Of a DNA stretch of 64,000 nt, positions 24,363 to 35,594 are shown in pieces. The stretch is from Bispira polyomma. Lineage: Eukaryota. The DNA lies in NCBI GenBank assembly GCA_965649765.1, contig OZ287751.1, positions 82,088,001-82,152,000 on the forward strand. The letters run 5' to 3'. A program made the position numbers and the translations under genes. The first letter of the stretch is position 1. Every line of letters starts with the position of its first letter. The notes below the pieces were generated by a model, which saw only the letters and a program-made list of their open reading frames with translations, was not told where the DNA came from and ran no database searches.

Positions 24363-26493
24363 AACTTTTGTTTATGTCTCTGGAATAATACAAAGAACAC
24401 TCGGCCTTTTATACTTGCAAATATTGCTAGACGAATTTAGAAAGGTTATTTATAAACACAAGGTAGACCAAAGGTCAATTTGACTAGTATTTTTTAATAA
24501 CTTTCCTCTACACGTAGCTTATGGTCAGAAACCCAAGCAATATAAGCAAGACTCAAAGTATGAGTTATAACACATTAAATCAGCCCTCAAGTGGTCAGTA
24601 GTGAGGAAAATCTCCCTGTGAAACAGCGTAGACTATAATCCACAACATCACTGTAAAAGTTTGACTTTGGTGATTAAAATTGTGTAAAACATAAAAAAAA
24701 ATAAAATATAATTAAGATGGCGGTGTTGCCTCCTTGGTAGTTTAGTTTGTACCGGTTATTTCAGAGATTTAGCGGGAAAAGCTGGGTTAATTAGTCCACC
24801 CCAGACCAATTAGAATAGGGGTCAGTTAAACAAGAATAATTTTACAAAATGACTGGGAGCAATGACCTAGCTAACCCCTATGGGGCTACCCCGCAAAATT
24901 AATATACTGTAGCAATTCTCGCCCCGAGATTTGCATCTATTTTTCGCAACTTTTTGGTATTTTCACAACTTCTAAAATTTGAGGTTTAGTCATCTCCTTC
25001 AATGTATTAAAATGTAAATGTAGCTGGCCGAATGCTGACCACGGTGGTTCCGAAACAGCCACTAGCCGTTTCTTCTATACCTATTTCTTGTGGCCGTTTC
25101 GGGACCATATTTGGTCCTGAAATGGTGTGGTCGTTTCTGGACCAAATAAAAACCAGCATAAACTGTGTAACAAATATGTGGACTTCAAGAAAATGACTAA
25201 TCAACTTATATAACCAACATTTATTAATTGAATCACACCTATAACACAGTATTATTATATTTATTCCTTATTTGATTTAGGGATTATAATATACAGTCTT
25301 GTATATTTTTGTATTAATGTCTTATTATATTTATTCTTCATTTGATTTGGGAATTATATAATATACACTCTAGGAATTATTTTTTTTGAAATTTATTCTC
25401 CACATACACATCTGTAAATACATCTACATGGTCTCTTATATGTTTAAGCTAATTGCATTTATTTCATGGGATTCTATTCTTGAAATCCTGTTTAAAGAAG
25501 TTATGCAACATTGAATTATCCAATTAGGGGATTAAAAGTGCTGATGCCAATACCACAGTTTCAGCACTTTTATATACATGTAGTAAGTAGCATATATATA
25601 AATAGTTTACTTTTAATACCTTTGACTAAAACCAGTATATTTTAGGGCATGTTAAATGATCTATTATTAATCATGTTAAATAATTTACTTTTGATGGTGT
25701 TTTTATTTTTAAAATATTAAATCTTGAACTTGTTTTTATTGAAAATATCAGCCGTGGTACTTTGAATATTTGTTAAATAATATTTACGGCTCTTATTATA
25801 AATGCCTATGAAAATAGGGACACTCCGTTTGAGGCTGTTTAAAAATGTAATTTATTGGAGCTAAATTTTTAAAAAGTCAAAGGTACTGAGATTCTTTAAT
25901 TTTTAGCTCTGATTATGTACAAAAAAAAGTCAAAAGTACTGAGATTCTGAGATGTACAAATAAATCAGGCAGATCATAAAAAATACTGGCAAAGTTTTTA
26001 TGAATTTTTGTGCAGCAAAATTCTAGTTTGTGTCATGTTTAAGTAGCTTACTCAAGGTCACTTGAGTATACTAAACTGTTCATTATTTATTGGAGTAAAA
26101 TATCTTAATTAATTTGATGTGTGATACCCCTTTGTGTAGAGAGAGGCTTGGGGTGACCATTTATCAACGCCCCCAAGGATTTTTAGCCTGCCACTGGGAA
26201 TAGGACCCAGTGACATTTTAAGTGGTCATCTGAGCCACTAGGCAGAAGTGTATACACATCTTGCCCAAGGATGGTATCCTGCCAGATCTAAAGAAAATAA
26301 ACAAAATATAAGGAATTAATGGTGTTGGAGGGTTTGCTAGGTGGTGCTTTTGTACTCAGTTAGGCTGGGATGGCCGCTGGGTGATAAAGCGGCCATAGTC
26401 GATACCCATGCAAATACAAAAAATGTCTACTCTAAATGAGCTGATGATGCACTTGTGCCGCAGAGAAATTTCTGATGGAAATGGTGTGAGGCT

Positions 26494-27367
26494 GCCTATG
26501 CTCAGTGCTTCTTTCAAGTGTTTGGCTGAATCTACATATCGCAGCTGGCATGGATTTTGTCAATGGGCCAGTGATATTGTGAGTGTCACTGTGCCGTTGA
26601 ACATTCATGATGTTAATTGTTAGATTTTCTAGTTTTGTTTGGCAAAAATTTACTACGTCTTCCTTAAATTTGGTAGAGATATGAAGTCCGTGGAGAGAGT
26701 CGAATAGTGCCACAGTTCCCTTAGGCATTCCTATGTTGCTGAGGGTCACCCAGTGACATGAATTTTAGTTTAATATCTGCACAACATCACTGGTTGGCAT
26801 CTGCCAAGTTTGCAGGATTGGGTCTTGAAGATCATCGATGTGTTCATTTGCAGCTAGTATCAGTTTTGTTACAGCCTGCATGTGGACATAAGTCAGCCAT
26901 TACTCTCGGTCAATGACATCTAGATGTTCAGCCTATGCTCAGTGCTTCTTTCAAGTGTTTGGCTGAATCTACATATCGCAGCTGGCATGGATTTTGTCAA
27001 TGGGCCAGTGATATTGTGAGTGTCACTTTGCCGTTGAACATTCATGATGTTAATTGTTAGATTTTCTAGTTTTGTTTGGCAAAAATTTACTACGTCTTCC
27101 TTAAATTTGGTAGTGATATGAAGTCCGTGAAGAGAGTCTAATAGTGCCACAGTTCCCTCAGGCATTCCTATGTTGCTAAGGGTCACCCAGTGACATGAAT
27201 TTTTGTTTAATATCTGCACAACATCACTGGTTGGCATCTGCCAAGTTTGCAGGATTGGGTCTTGAAGATCATCGATGTGTCCATTTGCAGCTAGCATCAG
27301 TTTTGTTACAGTCTGCATGTGGACATGAGTCAGCCATTACTCTCGGTCAATGACATCTAGATGTTCA
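26494..27367. repeat. 437-bp tandem duplication (26494-26930 / 26931-27367)
   Basis: Both copies run from GCCTATGCTCAGTGC to TAGATGTTCA with only scattered substitutions. Confidence 0.93.
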
Positions 27368-27560
27368 TCTTTAATGTAGGGGATAACCTTCTCCTTTACA
27401 GATGAACCTGCTCTATTATTGCAACTGTGTTTGGGGTGGCAATGGGTGGTGCATGAAAACCCATTTTTACAGCAAGTGCATTTAGAAGTAATACACTTGC
27501 CTGTGCAGCCACACTTCATTTTGAGAATTTTTGGGGGGCAAATTTCTTTCTTTCTGCCTC

Positions 27561-28331
27561 TCGTAAGGTTATCACACTGTCTTTCACAGAATCCAATGTT
27601 TCACTGTTACATATAAGGTCAGTGGATAACTGGTCTAGTTAGTATTGATGTTTCTTACACTCTGCTAGAGTGATGTATTTATAGATTTGGGGAACATCCC
27701 TAAGCTTCTAGAAGCTGGTTCTATGTAGTGTTTTAATTGGAGTTGTCTTGACCTGTTTACATTTAATTCCAGAGTCTTCTAGTAACATACTGTAGAGCCT
27801 TCTATAGCTCTTGAATATATAAGGGTTTAAAGCCTGGCCACAGGCTAGAGTTTATTGAGTTGTTCTGCTGTGTGGACTGCTATATTGTGAAATACTTTAT
27901 TTCTATATCAAGTGGGTATAAATTGATTACATAAGTTTTGTAGTGAACTCAGTGGCAGGAACTGGATATAAAGTTAAGGATTTACAGGAGAGCGAAACTG
28001 CTACATATTGGATATTGTTCGCATCCTGAACTAGACAGCTTAGTTGTACAGACTCTCTGGATATATACATTTTTGTGTGCATTGTGTGTTAGTGGACACC
28101 GAGCGGATCTCAAGACATATTGCTGGATACAGTGGACTGACTTGTTTAACTGTTGTTAACGTGGATAGGATTGTGGTCAGGCCAGATTGGTTTCATTATT
28201 GTATTATTGTATGAACTATTAGTAGTATCTCAGTTGACTGTATTTGTCATTTTAATTGTTAAATAAATTTGTTAAGTGAAACTTTTTGTCTTTTCCTTTT
28301 CAGTTCAACTTGGGATTTAAAATGGTCACGA
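27561..28331 (+). mobile_element. solo-LTR-like insertion, 771 bp
   Basis: Flanked by CCTC/CCTC (27557-27560, 28332-28335). Ends are TCGTAA...TCACGA, with internal TATAAA and AATAAA. It interrupts the transposon coding remnant. Confidence 0.55.
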
Positions 28332-29528
28332 CCTCCCCAACCTGAAATTGCCTGAATTTCTCACCATGCTTTTTCTCATACAGTTTCTTCATTTTGGCAG
28401 CACTTCTCTGTGTGGCATCGTATACATTTTTTTTTTTCATTTCATCTCCCGACTATCAGGATCAGGGTGTCCTCTTTATGTCTGCTACTTCTACTTCTTC
28501 TTCAAGTGGGCACATTTTGATTTTCTTTCTGGGAGTTGCTACTGGCTTCAAATACCCTTTTTGTGATGCAAAAATATAATAATATAATAACTGTTTTAAC
28601 ATGATGATTGGTATTGTGCCTTCTTCATTGTCACAGCTATATATTTGCAATCATTTACAAAAGTGGGCGTTAATTTGTACACAGGCGTTATAATCAATAA
28701 TCTTTCACCGGTATATATTTTGGATTACAGAAGCATTAAATCTGTTGTATTATAACATTTTTTTTTAATATACTAGAAGCAATATGCTATTGGGGGTGGT
28801 AATTGGTAAAACTCATGGCAGACACCTTCTTTCTAGGAAGTGTTTATTACACATAACTATGTGTGTATCCTACCTGGCAATGATACTAGACTAGTACACA
28901 CACACAAACAGTGTGTAAACACCACACTTGTAAACAATACAAATCTCTTGTTGGCTGTGTGTACAATATAATAAGTATTATATACTTTGGGTTTTGTTCT
29001 CTCTACTACACTAATCTCTGACGGTCTCAGGGGACCAGAGATCAGTTTTGTTATCAGTATATTTATATATGTATGTATATACTATGGTTATGTGTGTGCC
29101 AACACATGTATACAGAGATAGGCGTATAGTAAATGCGAAAATGAGGCTTGTGACAAAAGACGGCAAAAAAATTGGTCTTAATTTGTAAAGAGTTTTTATC
29201 CTTTTTTTCAGCATGGGATTTTCCCTGTGACGTAAATTTTAAATTAAATTTCTCCTCAAATATAAAAATTTACTCAACACAGTGTAAACAAATTTAATGG
29301 ATAAAATCTTTTCTCTGGTGACATTGGAGGCTTTGAATGGTTGTTGGTTGTTGAGTTTTAGTATAGAGTTTAAAGTCCTTTTTCAGGAGTAAATCTACGC
29401 TTTGGTTGTGTGATAAAAGTACTTGCAATAAAACACTTTTTACTACACACGAGGCCACATTGTCTTTATTATAATGGTTTTGGTGGGACAAAGGAGAAAA
29501 CTTGTAAATACATTGTAAACAAACAAAA

Positions 29529-29553
29529 ATGGATATACTTAGAAACTTTTCCG
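29529..29553 (+). CDS. PPxY membrane protein paralog 2, predicted first coding micro-exon (MDILRNFS)
   Basis: AAAATGG start context. Consensus donor G|GTGAGT in phase 1 matches the acceptor at 30961, and the exon supplies an N-F-S sequon. Confidence 0.6.
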
Positions 29554-30519
29554 GTGAGTTTATTTGTCCTAATATGCACAAGTATATATATGCAGTTGTG
29601 TGCTATAAGCTATAAGATGATATAACTTGTCAAGAAGTTTTTTAACTTAGAAATTTGATTGTAGATTTAAAATATTGTCAACAACAATAGGTCATGTGAC
29701 CTAAGAACCTACAGTCATTTTGTTGAGTATATGATTTTCTTAACAATTTAAACCTTTTGCAATTCTCAATGTTCTTGCATTCAACAATTTAAATATAAGC
29801 ATTGGCTTTCGGTTTGCAAAATACAAAAAATGCATGTCCATTCTGGCTTCACTGGGCCAAAAACGTTTCTCGGCTGATCATTGCTTTTATAATTACAAAA
29901 CTGTCACATTTCTTCCAAGCTTCTAGTCCGTCTAATAAAGACCACCGCGTTCGTGCAATATGCAAGAAACACCAGTTAAATAAATTAAGCATTGAAATCT
30001 GTATATTATATTGTATCCTTCCATTTTAAACTCTGAACATTTTTTACTTTTGTCTTATAATCTAAGTGCTAATTACCATTTTTCTTGTTTGCACAATACA
30101 CACAACCAGCTCAAATAACTGTCATTCCTCTTACTGAACACAAAGACTTGACGATGACCATTTCTCAATATCCACAAGGGTTCTTTAGCCTGAGGATTGG
30201 ATAGGACCCAATCACATACGACCGTCAATGTGGCCAATGCAATCCAATATGTATCTTCCTGAATCTAGTCACCTGAGACTGGGATGTGTTGACAGTAAAC
30301 TTGCTGAAGGTTGGTGGTTTGCTATGCAGAAAACAGGGCAGACCAACTACCACTCTATTTCTATACCAGGGGTCTCTCATGCCAAATCAATATCTGCTGT
30401 TTGATTATGATATATAGTCATTGTGGAGTAAGTTAACACAAAACAAGATAGAGCTTCCGTCTCTAAGATCGGCCTTATGAAGTTGTAGTACAAATGTCAA
30501 AATAAGAACACTGTAAAAA

Positions 30520-30935
30520 CATTTATCATCATTATCGTGATCCACAACATCAAGAACAACATCATCATCAGCAATAACAACACTACAACAACATAATCAT
30601 CAACAACACCACCATCAAGTAATCATCAACACTATCATGATCAACAACATCTTCTAAACGATCATCATTATCAATCAAACATCAACACTACAACAGCATC
30701 ATCAACATCATCAAGAACAACATAATCGTCCCCAATACCGGCAAGAACATCACAACATAATCATCAGCAGCATAACAATCAATATTATCCCAAGCAGCAC
30801 CATCATCATCAAGAATAACACCATTACAACAACAGCATCAAGAATAACACCATCATCAATGGCAGAAACAATATTACAACATCATCAACAACATTATAAT
30901 CATCAATAACAAAAATGCTATCATCATTATTATCC
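30520..30935. repeat. degenerate (CAT/CAA)n microsatellite
   Basis: About 400 bp of CAT/CAA/AAT triplets ending just before the 30961 acceptor. Confidence 0.9.
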
Positions 30936-30961
30936 TTATTTGTGTTTCCTATATATTTCAG

Positions 30962-31569
30962 ATGAGATCTCCACACCTCCTGTCTCTACGACCAGTACAC
31001 CCCTGCTCCCAGCCCAGGTAGACAGCCTGCGCTCCTTCCTCACTGTCTTCCTGTTCTGGCTAGCCATAGTCATCAGCTGTACCACCTGCTTCAGATCTCT
31101 GGTCAAGACTGTCCTCTGTGAGTTCCCCAATGCTTTGTGTCAGAAGTTTTGCAGAAGTGACCCCAACCAGGTCAGCTCCAGGAGGGCTGCCAGTAATAGT
31201 CTTTCAAGACCTACTACCAGACTTTGTGTGGCTGATGACGTCATCTACATCACCCAGCCAATGGAAATTAGGTTCATTCATGACTTGGACGAATATGATG
31301 ACCTTGAAGACCAAACGCAACTAGATGAACCTCCGGATTATGGTGTGGCACTGCGCATGCCTAAGCCACATCACAATGACCATATCGTGTTGGATATAAG
31401 TGACATAAGTGACAATAGTAGTTCTACTGCTGATTATGATGTATCAGGTGACACAGACACAAGAGAACATAGAGAAAGCCAACACATGACATCAGGGGAT
31501 TGTACTGTATCATGTGACCAGAATGGAGAATCACCTCCTCCCAGTTACTGGGATGTCATGAATATTTGA
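30962..31569 (+). CDS. single-pass membrane protein with PPxY motifs, paralog 2, main exon
   Basis: TTTCAG|AT acceptor, phase 1. S/T/P stalk, TM segment FLTVFLFWLAIVIS, Cys cluster, PPDYGVALRMPKP and C-terminal PPPSY. AATAAA follows the stop. Confidence 0.8.
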
Positions 31570-33719
31570 AATAAACAACATGATTCAATAAAGCATGTGA
31601 GACTTTTTTTGAGATGATATTGATAATGTATTTCATAACAAAAATATAATGGAGCCAAGTAATAGTAATTGTATACTTGCTGTATTTCCAAAGTTAAAGT
31701 ACAGACGTTGTCTTTGGCATTGCCTGTTTTTATGCAGATTTGTCCATTTGATTTAAGGTGGTACATTGTATTTTTCAGAGATTTAGCCTACACTTTTAAT
31801 TTATTTATTTGGGTTTTTACTTTCAACATCTTTAGTCAGACTATTTATTGGTGCAGAGAACCAGTTCTAGTTGTACTGTCAACCACTGGTGTAAGACCTA
31901 GGTCTCTTTTAGATGGATAGCCATCACAAACGCACCACAAACATCTGTGTAGCTATCAGTGACACTAGGTTTCAATTTTGTTACCGATTTGTCTACATAA
32001 GGAATGCTTTGGAAGTCTTTATTGATATCCTCATTCATGAGGGTTTTTGTGGAAGTGAGAGGTGGTGGAGGGGTATACGTCTTCATTAGTTTTGGATTGT
32101 TTCTTATCGGTATCAGACCATCAGTTTGTGTTGACTCGTTCTTACTCGTTTTACGATAATATCAATTAGTAGAGAAAGTTTGTTGCAGTTACTGATGTAT
32201 CAGTGGCTGTTTGTTATTGTCCGTTATGTCTTCGTTTCTCATAAGGGGGTGTTAGTGACGATACGTGTCATTTCTGCGGCACAGCCATCATAGTTTGGTT
32301 TCGAACTCACCTCACCTTAGTGGCAGTGCAGCTTAGGGGAGATTATTGGGAGGTGAGAGGGAGGCGATATACATGGTGTAACAATTTGTTTGTGGTGTAA
32401 CCTCACCTTCCGCAACGAAGAGTCACGGACTCTCGTCTAAATGAGACCAGGTCATAAGGCAAGTCCAGGGTTGACAAAAATTGAATATTTAAAAAAATAT
32501 TTATTTTTTTTTAATTTTAATTATTTTTTATGTTTGTGTTTATATTATCCAGGTTCACAGTGAAAAACACCTACACAAACCAGATATTTGTACATAAAGC
32601 AATGGTTTTTAATATTTATTTTAATAATAAAGACTCACAGTAAAAAAAAAGAAAAGATTTTTATATTTCAGTTTTTTTGATGGATCATGAAAAACGCACA
32701 AATTTATTACTTTTAAGTAATAGAAAAAAATAAGAACAATTAAACAATTGTTTGTCTTATGAAGGGGTTATTACTATGACAAAGACAAATGCATTCATGC
32801 AACTATGGATATAACCATTACAAAAGTAATGTTTTTCTAAAGAAATTAGTATCATTTAAAAAATCAAGCTTGTTTGAAAAAAAACCCTGCTATTTGCTAT
32901 TTTTTGGAGTGACTGAGAAAGTACATGGTAAAATTTAGCACCTGATGGAGGCACTATGTCCTCAGAGCCTACACTTAGGAAAAAGACTATGGAGGAACAT
33001 TTTAGTGTTCTACCAATTGTAGTGTCTTTTTAGTCAACATGGAATTTCTCAGATCCTACTGCATGAGTTAGCAGAGTTAGAAAGGTGGTTTTCTTCGAAT
33101 CAGATAGTTTAGTTTTATAGATGCTGAATAGGTTAGTCATTCAGCCAAATATATGTATATCAGTTATCACCAGTTACAAGAAGTGTTACAATGGAATATC
33201 ACATATATAGTAAGACATTTGTTTGTTAAGGCTTTATATCTATTAATGAGTTATTGTCATAGATAAATGTTTCTAATGGGTTTTACATATTGCAAACTGA
33301 ATATTTATGTCCTTTATGCTATAATATGGATTTATGCATATGTGAAGATATTATCATTATAATAAAATACATTCCTTTAACTGCATCAATAAAATAATCA
33401 GTTGTTTTGTTTCTCTGTGATGGGACTACCGTCTCATTTCTATATATGTATATATATATTTGATTGAACTTTGTATATGCATATAGCGTTGTATATGGCT
33501 ACCATCATGCATATACATTTTTAAATATGTGATAAACAAATGTAAAAAATACCATGTACTTAGCTAATATCTATATTTCCACACCTTACCATTAACAAAA
33601 CACTCTAAAGTCTTGTTAGCGAATTATTCAAAATAAGTAGTTGAAATATGACAATAAAATATAATAGCTAAGAAAAAAATATAAAGGTGTTGTACCTTAA
33701 ACTTGCTATCAGGCACATA

Positions 33720-33937
33720 AACCTGATATTGTTTGGATTCTGCAAAGGACACTACTGTCTTATAGAAATACTATGTAATGCCTTTAGGATTGGTTGGAAG
33801 CAATCGACCCGTCCAAACTGAGAGGCATCAGATTAACATGTGTAGGTGTGCCAATCAGGCTTGAGTATATAGTGGCCATATAAGCGTTAGTATATTTCAC
33901 ACTGTGCGCCTATGTCTTTTTTAAAGACAACTCTTGT
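33720..33937 (+). mobile_element. non-autonomous Helitron-like element, copy 1 of 3
   Basis: GATTGGTTGGAAGCAATCGACC core and a 3' hairpin TGTCTTT...AAAGACA followed by CTCTTGT; shared with 52780 and 56843. Confidence 0.6.
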
Positions 33938-34402
33938 CATGTTTAAATTTTTTTAAATGTATAGGGGTATGGTTGATTTCATGGAATATTAAAATATGTT
34001 CATACATAAACAAAATGTATAAATACATGTATAATATTGTTCGATTGGTAGATTTCTTTGTAATACCCATTTTTAGTGAGATTGAACACAAACCGTAGTC
34101 TATTCACCATAAAAGGTCACACTGTACAAATCCTGCAGTTACCGGTTATTCCGCACCCCCCCAGCCCCCCCCCCCACCCCCCCCCCCCCACCCTTTTTTC
34201 CAACTGCATGATCAAGGTTAATCAATAAGCAATAGATACCACCAAAACATGCCATTTGGATGTAATATGGGCAAAGATGGAGAATACCAATTGTTACTCT
34301 ACTGTATCTCACGGCAATAATACACAGAATGTAGTCTTTTAAGTTTGATGTGCTGCAATATATAAGTACATGTATCTATATATGTATATGTATTCTATCA
34401 AG

Positions 34403-34619
34403 ATGTTAAATGCCTGGTTTATCAGAGTGGTATTATTAGAAGTAGCAGTGAGTGTTTACTTGTCTCCACACGAGATAGCCCTGTTTGAGACCTCGGGGGT
34501 GTCACTGCACAGAAACAACTCAGTATGGTGGGCAGAGATGGACTCTGACGTAGAAACAGAGGTGATGTCATTTCCGGTAGACCCTGCCATCTTGGCTGTA
34601 CCCCAATGTATGCCAGAAG
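34403..34619 (+). CDS. YHYH-domain/mucin-like surface protein A, exon 1
   Basis: Signal-peptide-like MLNAWFIRVVLLEVAVS; ends PVDPAILAVPQCMPE with donor G|GTAGGT, phase 1. Upstream in-frame ATGs exist from 34370. Confidence 0.75.
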
Positions 34620-35594
34620 GTAGGTGTGATTATGTGAATTTTGACAAAGAATATCACATGTTAAATCTGTAGACAGTTTTTTTAAGAAATGTACACACGG
34701 TAATGTCTGACATTCCACAAGAAACAGACGTTCATGCATGTACACCAGATGGGTTATAATTACTGGTAAGGGATATCTTCAAAGTAAATAATACATTTCA
34801 GGATTTTTAGTAACTTTTTTTAACCTAAATAAGTTTCTGTTAAAAATTGCTGATACATATTTAGTACTTAAATACTACTCACCGTGGTTAAAAGTATTCA
34901 CTAATAAATCGCTGGTCTCTCGTTCGAATTCTGTTCGTTCCTTCATGTTGGATAGTTTAATTACCACACACCAGTGGTTTACAGTGCTTCATATGACATA
35001 AGCTCGGTCCACTGAGCAGAGTGGAAAATAGCAGAATTCAAAATACTAGCCCACCGGTATCATGAACATGCATGTACTCATTTTAATGACCTGCCATTTG
35101 GTACCAGAACCAGAACGCCTATGTTTTACAAATTTACATTGTGCTATGTTAATGGTTCAGTTGCACTAAAGTTTGTGAAACTATTGACATGCTAACAAAA
35201 TAAGAACATATTTTGCTGTATCTATTCCGATTCACGATCCTGTGTAGATCTTTTTTTCAGTGTACAAACTGCAATTTGATACTTTACATAATTTTGATAC
35301 TTTAAATAATTTACTTAAATAATAGGTTGGTCTTAACCCACAAGTATTATTTTCATTAACTGGCTATTTGGGCCTTGACCTTTGACTTTAATATTAAAAT
35401 ATAAAATATCACTTACTAAAACCTCTACAGACCTGAGTAGTCAAACTGATAAATACAGACCTGATGCAAAAACAAGAAAGGTTAATATAATGTTACCTTA
35501 TATGTGTTTATATGCCATAAATGTGCTTATATGTTTTGTGTACCATTTTAGTTCACACTATTTCTGATGTTTTTGGGTGTATCTATACTTTCAG

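Larger units (their letters stand above)
20100..24400 (-). mobile_element. DIRS/Ngaro-type tyrosine-recombinase retrotransposon, non-functional
   Basis: Order gag - RT/RNaseH - tyrosine recombinase, with no integrase or protease; multiple frameshifts. Confidence 0.92.
26330..28520 (-). mobile_element. Ginger-like DNA transposon remnant (post-integrase segment, Cys-rich CXC module, Ulp1-like protease)
   Basis: AAKMKKLYEKKHGEKFRQFQVGE; KCGCTGKCITSKCTCCKNGFSCTTHCH; HWVTLSN...LLDSL...NVQRQ (His/Asp/Gln of a Ulp1-type fold). Stops and deletions are present and the DDE core is absent. Confidence 0.6.

Noticed and set aside
31898-32450. Possible Penelope/LINE remnant (SIPYV motif)
   Set aside because: Too decayed to support by eye.
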